Source: Octopus bimaculoides
Lineage: Eukaryota
Assembly: GCF_001194135.2 (NCBI RefSeq)
Contig: NC_068983.1
Coordinates: forward strand, 19,162,407 to 19,221,470
Reading direction: 5' to 3'
DNA length: 59,064 nt
The position numbers were made by a program, and so were the translations under genes. Shown here in pieces: positions 55,081 to 59,064 of the stretch (position 1 is the first letter of the stretch; every line of letters starts with the position of its first letter). The notes under the pieces are model-generated. The model searched no databases, was not told the origin of the DNA, and saw only the letters and a program-made list of their open reading frames with translations.

Positions 55081-56256
55081 CGCTGAACACGTTGATTTTG
55101 GGTGTTTGTGTGCGCAGTGAAGTGTGAGCGTGTGTGTGTCTATATGTGTGCATGTGTATGCGTGCGCACCTACAGTGGATGTTAGTGTGTAGTTGAGTTG
55201 CAGGACACACCATCGAGAACCTCTACAATCCTGGGATTGCAGCATTTATAATAAACTTGCCAATCCACCTAACTGTGTCGCAAGGAACAAAGTTGAACTG
55301 GCCTCCATAGGACTTTCAAAGCAACTGAATTAGCATTTCGGTTTCACTTTTTATCTAACTCTCTGATTGTTCGTACACCAAGTCTTTTTATCGTTGTTAT
55401 AGCAATCATTGTGCATACGTGAGCTTGAGAACATTTCATTCTCTTCTCACATCTCTACTGAGTATAAATGAGTGCACGTGTGTGTCTGCGAATGTGTGAC
55501 CATTTACCTGCATTTTGACAGAAAGGAAGTGTTGCTATCATCACGAGCCTCTCAGCCGTCTATTGCTCTTCTCTTCATCCCATCATCCTTCTTCATTGTC
55601 CTTCACAATCTGTGTCCATATGACGGTGATACTAAGCAAAATTTGCATTATCTGGAATACGCTAGGCCACGCAAGCGATTTAGCTTCTTAGATTATTAGA
55701 GGACGTTAGCGAATTGTATTGTCCAAAGTGGCTAATTATCTTGTGTGGCATTACCAATAGTTTTTTTTCTTTTTCTGAAACAAGATTATGTTTTAAAAAC
55801 CTTAAAATCGAATTACGTTTTCTACTTACACTGCCAAAAGTCTTTGTGTTCGGTCAAGGTAAATGTAAATGTCACAGTGCAAGCTTCTTCAGTTTGGTGA
55901 ACTGCAAATATATTTCCTACAGTTCCTGGAGAGGTACTAATCGCTACAAGGTGCAGTCCTTGTAACACAAGTCCCAAGAAGATGATAAAAAGGGTGTAAG
56001 CTTAAACTTCCCGGCGATGAGTAGCAGATGTCGCTATAGGTGTCACTTGATCAAGATTTACTTTTCTATTTATAGGTGTAGTCAATACTGGCCTCTTTTA
56101 TATATATTTAACACTTTCCTTTCATTCCAACCTGATCTAAGAGCTCGGCTATATACAGTTAAACAGTTCGGCTCTTATAAACTCTTCAGTAGGAGTGGAA
56201 ACTCATCATGGAATATCACAGTGGATTTCCGCGAGTTTGCTTGTATGAATCTAGAG

Positions 56257-56362
56257 GTGTGTGAGGGGAGGCAACTCGTGGATTACCACTTTTCGTGAAA
56301 GGCAGGCTGCAGTTTTTGTTTCTTTGAATTTTGTTGGTTTACCACATTATCGCAATGTTCTT
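56257..56362 (+). repeat. About 106-bp repeat, inverted relative to 57847-57955
   Basis: gtgtgtgaggggaggcaactcgtgga..cattatcgcaatgttctt is the reverse complement of the insert in SINE C, with scattered mismatches. Confidence 0.85.
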
Positions 56363-57648
56363 CAGTTGTTTATTGTCTGCCGCATGCATTTCTGAGCAAT
56401 GTCTGCTCGATAAACATGACTAGGATAATTCCAGAAAAAGCGTAGAGCGTATTTTATCTGACTTTGCAGTGAACCGCAACTCATTCCTATCCAAAAACGT
56501 GTTTGAGCTGTATACAGAAAATGTTTGCAATATGCTAATATAACGGTGATAATTTTTTTCTGATAATTTCAGAAATACTGTTTTTCTGCAGAAAATATTT
56601 TTATTGCATTCTCAATCCCGGTATATAATTCCAGGTGGTCTCTCCAGCCATGTTAGTTACACTGAATGGCATATAGTGTTACACTGTGTAGCTGAACGAA
56701 AGTAAGTCTTTTACAATGTGGAAGCTCACTTTGGAGATAATCAGGCAATAGTTTGTCCAAAAGCCGACTTCACACACAGCTCTCGTTTCTCTCCCATACG
56801 AAGAACATTCATTTATCTTAATATAATCTAAACTCAGTTTTCTTGTATATGGATATAACTTTTTTTTTTTTTTTCAGATTATTGTTCTCGATTGAGGTAT
56901 ATATATCTTTCAGTGATTCAGAAAAGTATCTGTAAATCGTTCGTTTATATAATTTTTTATGGCTGCTTTCGCACCAGTTTTGAAGATCTTCGGGAAAATG
57001 GTTCCTTTAAAGTTTGTTTCTTTAGCCTAACATAAAAAGTGCACTTTTTCAAATTTTTTCTTAGTATTTAGTTTACAATTATATTTATTTGAAATTGTGT
57101 TTTGAAATAAATTTCGTTAGGAGGTTTATTACACCAAAAATAAACTCGCTCACTTCTTCTGTTTCACTTCACCACCTATTTTAGTATAAATCAGCTAGTT
57201 TAACTTTTAACCAATTAACTAATGATTAAGTGTTTAATCGCTCAGTTAATCTGTCAATCGCATATCCTTCGTTAAAGTCCTTCTTTCGCCATTTACGATT
57301 GGATGACCGAATGGTTAATGAAACAATAATGTAGTAAATTGGTGAAATACTGACTACTATTAATAAAAGAAGTTCAATGGAAACATTGCAGATGTGAGTT
57401 ATTCTTATGATGATCCCCATAAAGAACAAGAAAATCCTTAGAATATATTTTTTGCATACTGGTCACCTACTCTACATTGACTTATCTTCCTTAGCTTTCT
57501 TAAGAGTAGTAATGTCTTGTTCCGGATAAGCAAGTGAAATATGACACATGGTCTGGGATGTAGTATTGGCAATTAACGAGGAAACGAAGCAGAAATGTTT
57601 CTACCTAGTGTTCTGAACTGTATGTTTATGTCTCTCTATGTGTCTCGC

Positions 57649-58169
57649 AGTGGAGGTGCAATGGCCCAGTAGTTAGTGCAGCGGACTCGCACTCATAGGA
57701 TCGCGGTTTCGATTCCCAGACCTGCTGTTGTGAGTGTTTATTGAGCGAAAACACCTAAAAGCTCCACGAAGCTCCGGCATGCGATGGTGGCGAACCCTGC
57801 TGTACTCTTTCACCACAACTTCCTACACTTCCAGGAAGTGTAGGAAAAAGAACATTGCGATAATGCGCTAAACAAACAAAATTGAAGGAAACAAAAACTG
57901 CTGGTTGTCTTTCACGAGAAATGGTTATCCACGAGTTACCTCCCCTCACACACTCCTGTTTCTGTCGTGCTTGTAATTCAAAGTGTCAGCCTTGTCACAC
58001 TGTGTCACGCTGAATATCCCCGAGAACTACGTTAAGGCTACACGTGTCTGTGGAGTGCTCAGTTACTTGCACGTTAATTTCACGAGCAGGCTGTTCCGTT
58101 GATCGGATCAACTGGAACCCTCGACGTCGTAAACGACGGAGTGCCAATAATAACAACAACAACAACAAC
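57649..58169 (+). mobile_element. SINE family C (tRNA-derived), full length with internal insertion, (AAC)n tail and 9-bp TSD
   Basis: A box tggcccagtagttag, B-box-like ggtttcgattccc, (AAC)n tail; TSD gtgtctcgc at 57640-57648 and 58170-58178. Confidence 0.88.
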
Positions 58170-58255
58170 GTGTCTCGCTATCTCACTACATACATACATA
58201 CATACATACATACATGTATATATATNNNNNNNNNNNNNNNNNNNNNNNNNNNNNN

Positions 58256-58292
<37 letters not shown>

Positions 58293-59064
58293 CTCACATA
58301 GGATTATATCTACATTATTGTATATGTGTGTATGCACGAGAGTGTGTCTGTGCACGTGTGTGTGTGTGTGTGTGTATGTGCGTGTGTGCGTGTAGTTGCT
58401 TGTGAGAGTGAGCTGCTGTAATTCAATCTCCTATCTGTGCACCGTAGTCTATGCATACACCGTCATTGTAACACGAGCCCACATTTTCATAAAGTAGTTT
58501 GCAATCGTTTTCGTCACCTATATGCTAAGTAGTTTAGTTTCGCACGTCAGCTGTCAACGTACATTGCCATTGTGCCAAGCTGGAAATGACAGCTGGAATA
58601 AAGGGAATGCATAGATTGCAAAGTGTGTTATTGGAAATAATCGAGAAATATTGTATTGGATAAAAGTTATTTAATATTACTTGCAGAAAATTAATAATTT
58701 CAGAGAGAAAATAGCCATATTTTAATATAACTTCGCAACCAGACACATTCTTGATTGGAAATCGAAAAGTCTCGTTTCCCATTCATAGGAATACGAACTG
58801 AATACATACCATTATACACACACAAATGTGCACGGAAGACACATATTTATAATCTCACGTTTACACACACACACAGACACACACACACACACACACATAC
58901 ATACACACACACACACACACATACACAAACTTCAATTATATATGTGAGTATATATATATGTATATATACTGATATCCGTATCTATCTATATTCCTCTATG
59001 CCTCTCAATCTCTATCTATCTATCTATCTAGCTAACTAGCGATATATATATATATATATATATA

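Noticed and set aside
56076-56298. CSQYWP resembling the PTP KCxQYWP motif
   Set aside because: No other phosphatase motifs follow, and the frame runs into a dispersed repeat at 56257.
1-59064. CRISPR arrays, tRNA or rRNA genes
   Set aside because: No repeat-spacer array or rRNA; tRNA-like A/B boxes belong to SINE heads.

Overview
AT-rich, repeat-dense eukaryotic scaffold with many N gaps, most flanked by (TA)n, which suggests a short-read assembly. The SINE families and microsatellite load look like an octopod cephalopod (Octopus-like); this is recognition only and unverified. I can support no complete protein-coding gene, and most ORF-track entries are microsatellite or gap artefacts. The window is a mosaic of decayed mobile elements. 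It holds two R4/Dong-like non-LTR fragments, a Ty3/Gypsy RT-RNase H fragment between two outward-facing ORF1 zinc-knuckle fragments, and Penelope-like (PLE) fragments. It also holds mariner and maT (DD37D) remnants, a hAT MITE with TSD, a CR1-like fragment and three SINE families. The most interesting signal is structured RNA. There is one near-intact type I hammerhead ribozyme with an unusually long helix II (16641-16739, minus) and a back-to-back hammerhead pair in an inverted repeat (45510-45663). Two more hammerheads are degenerate remnants at PLE ends. Two diverged copies of a repeat (19252-19327 minus; 51739-51818 plus) carry the three hammerhead core strands in correct helix register but in a non-canonical order, with compensatory base changes. 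All folds were done by eye and no activity is demonstrated.
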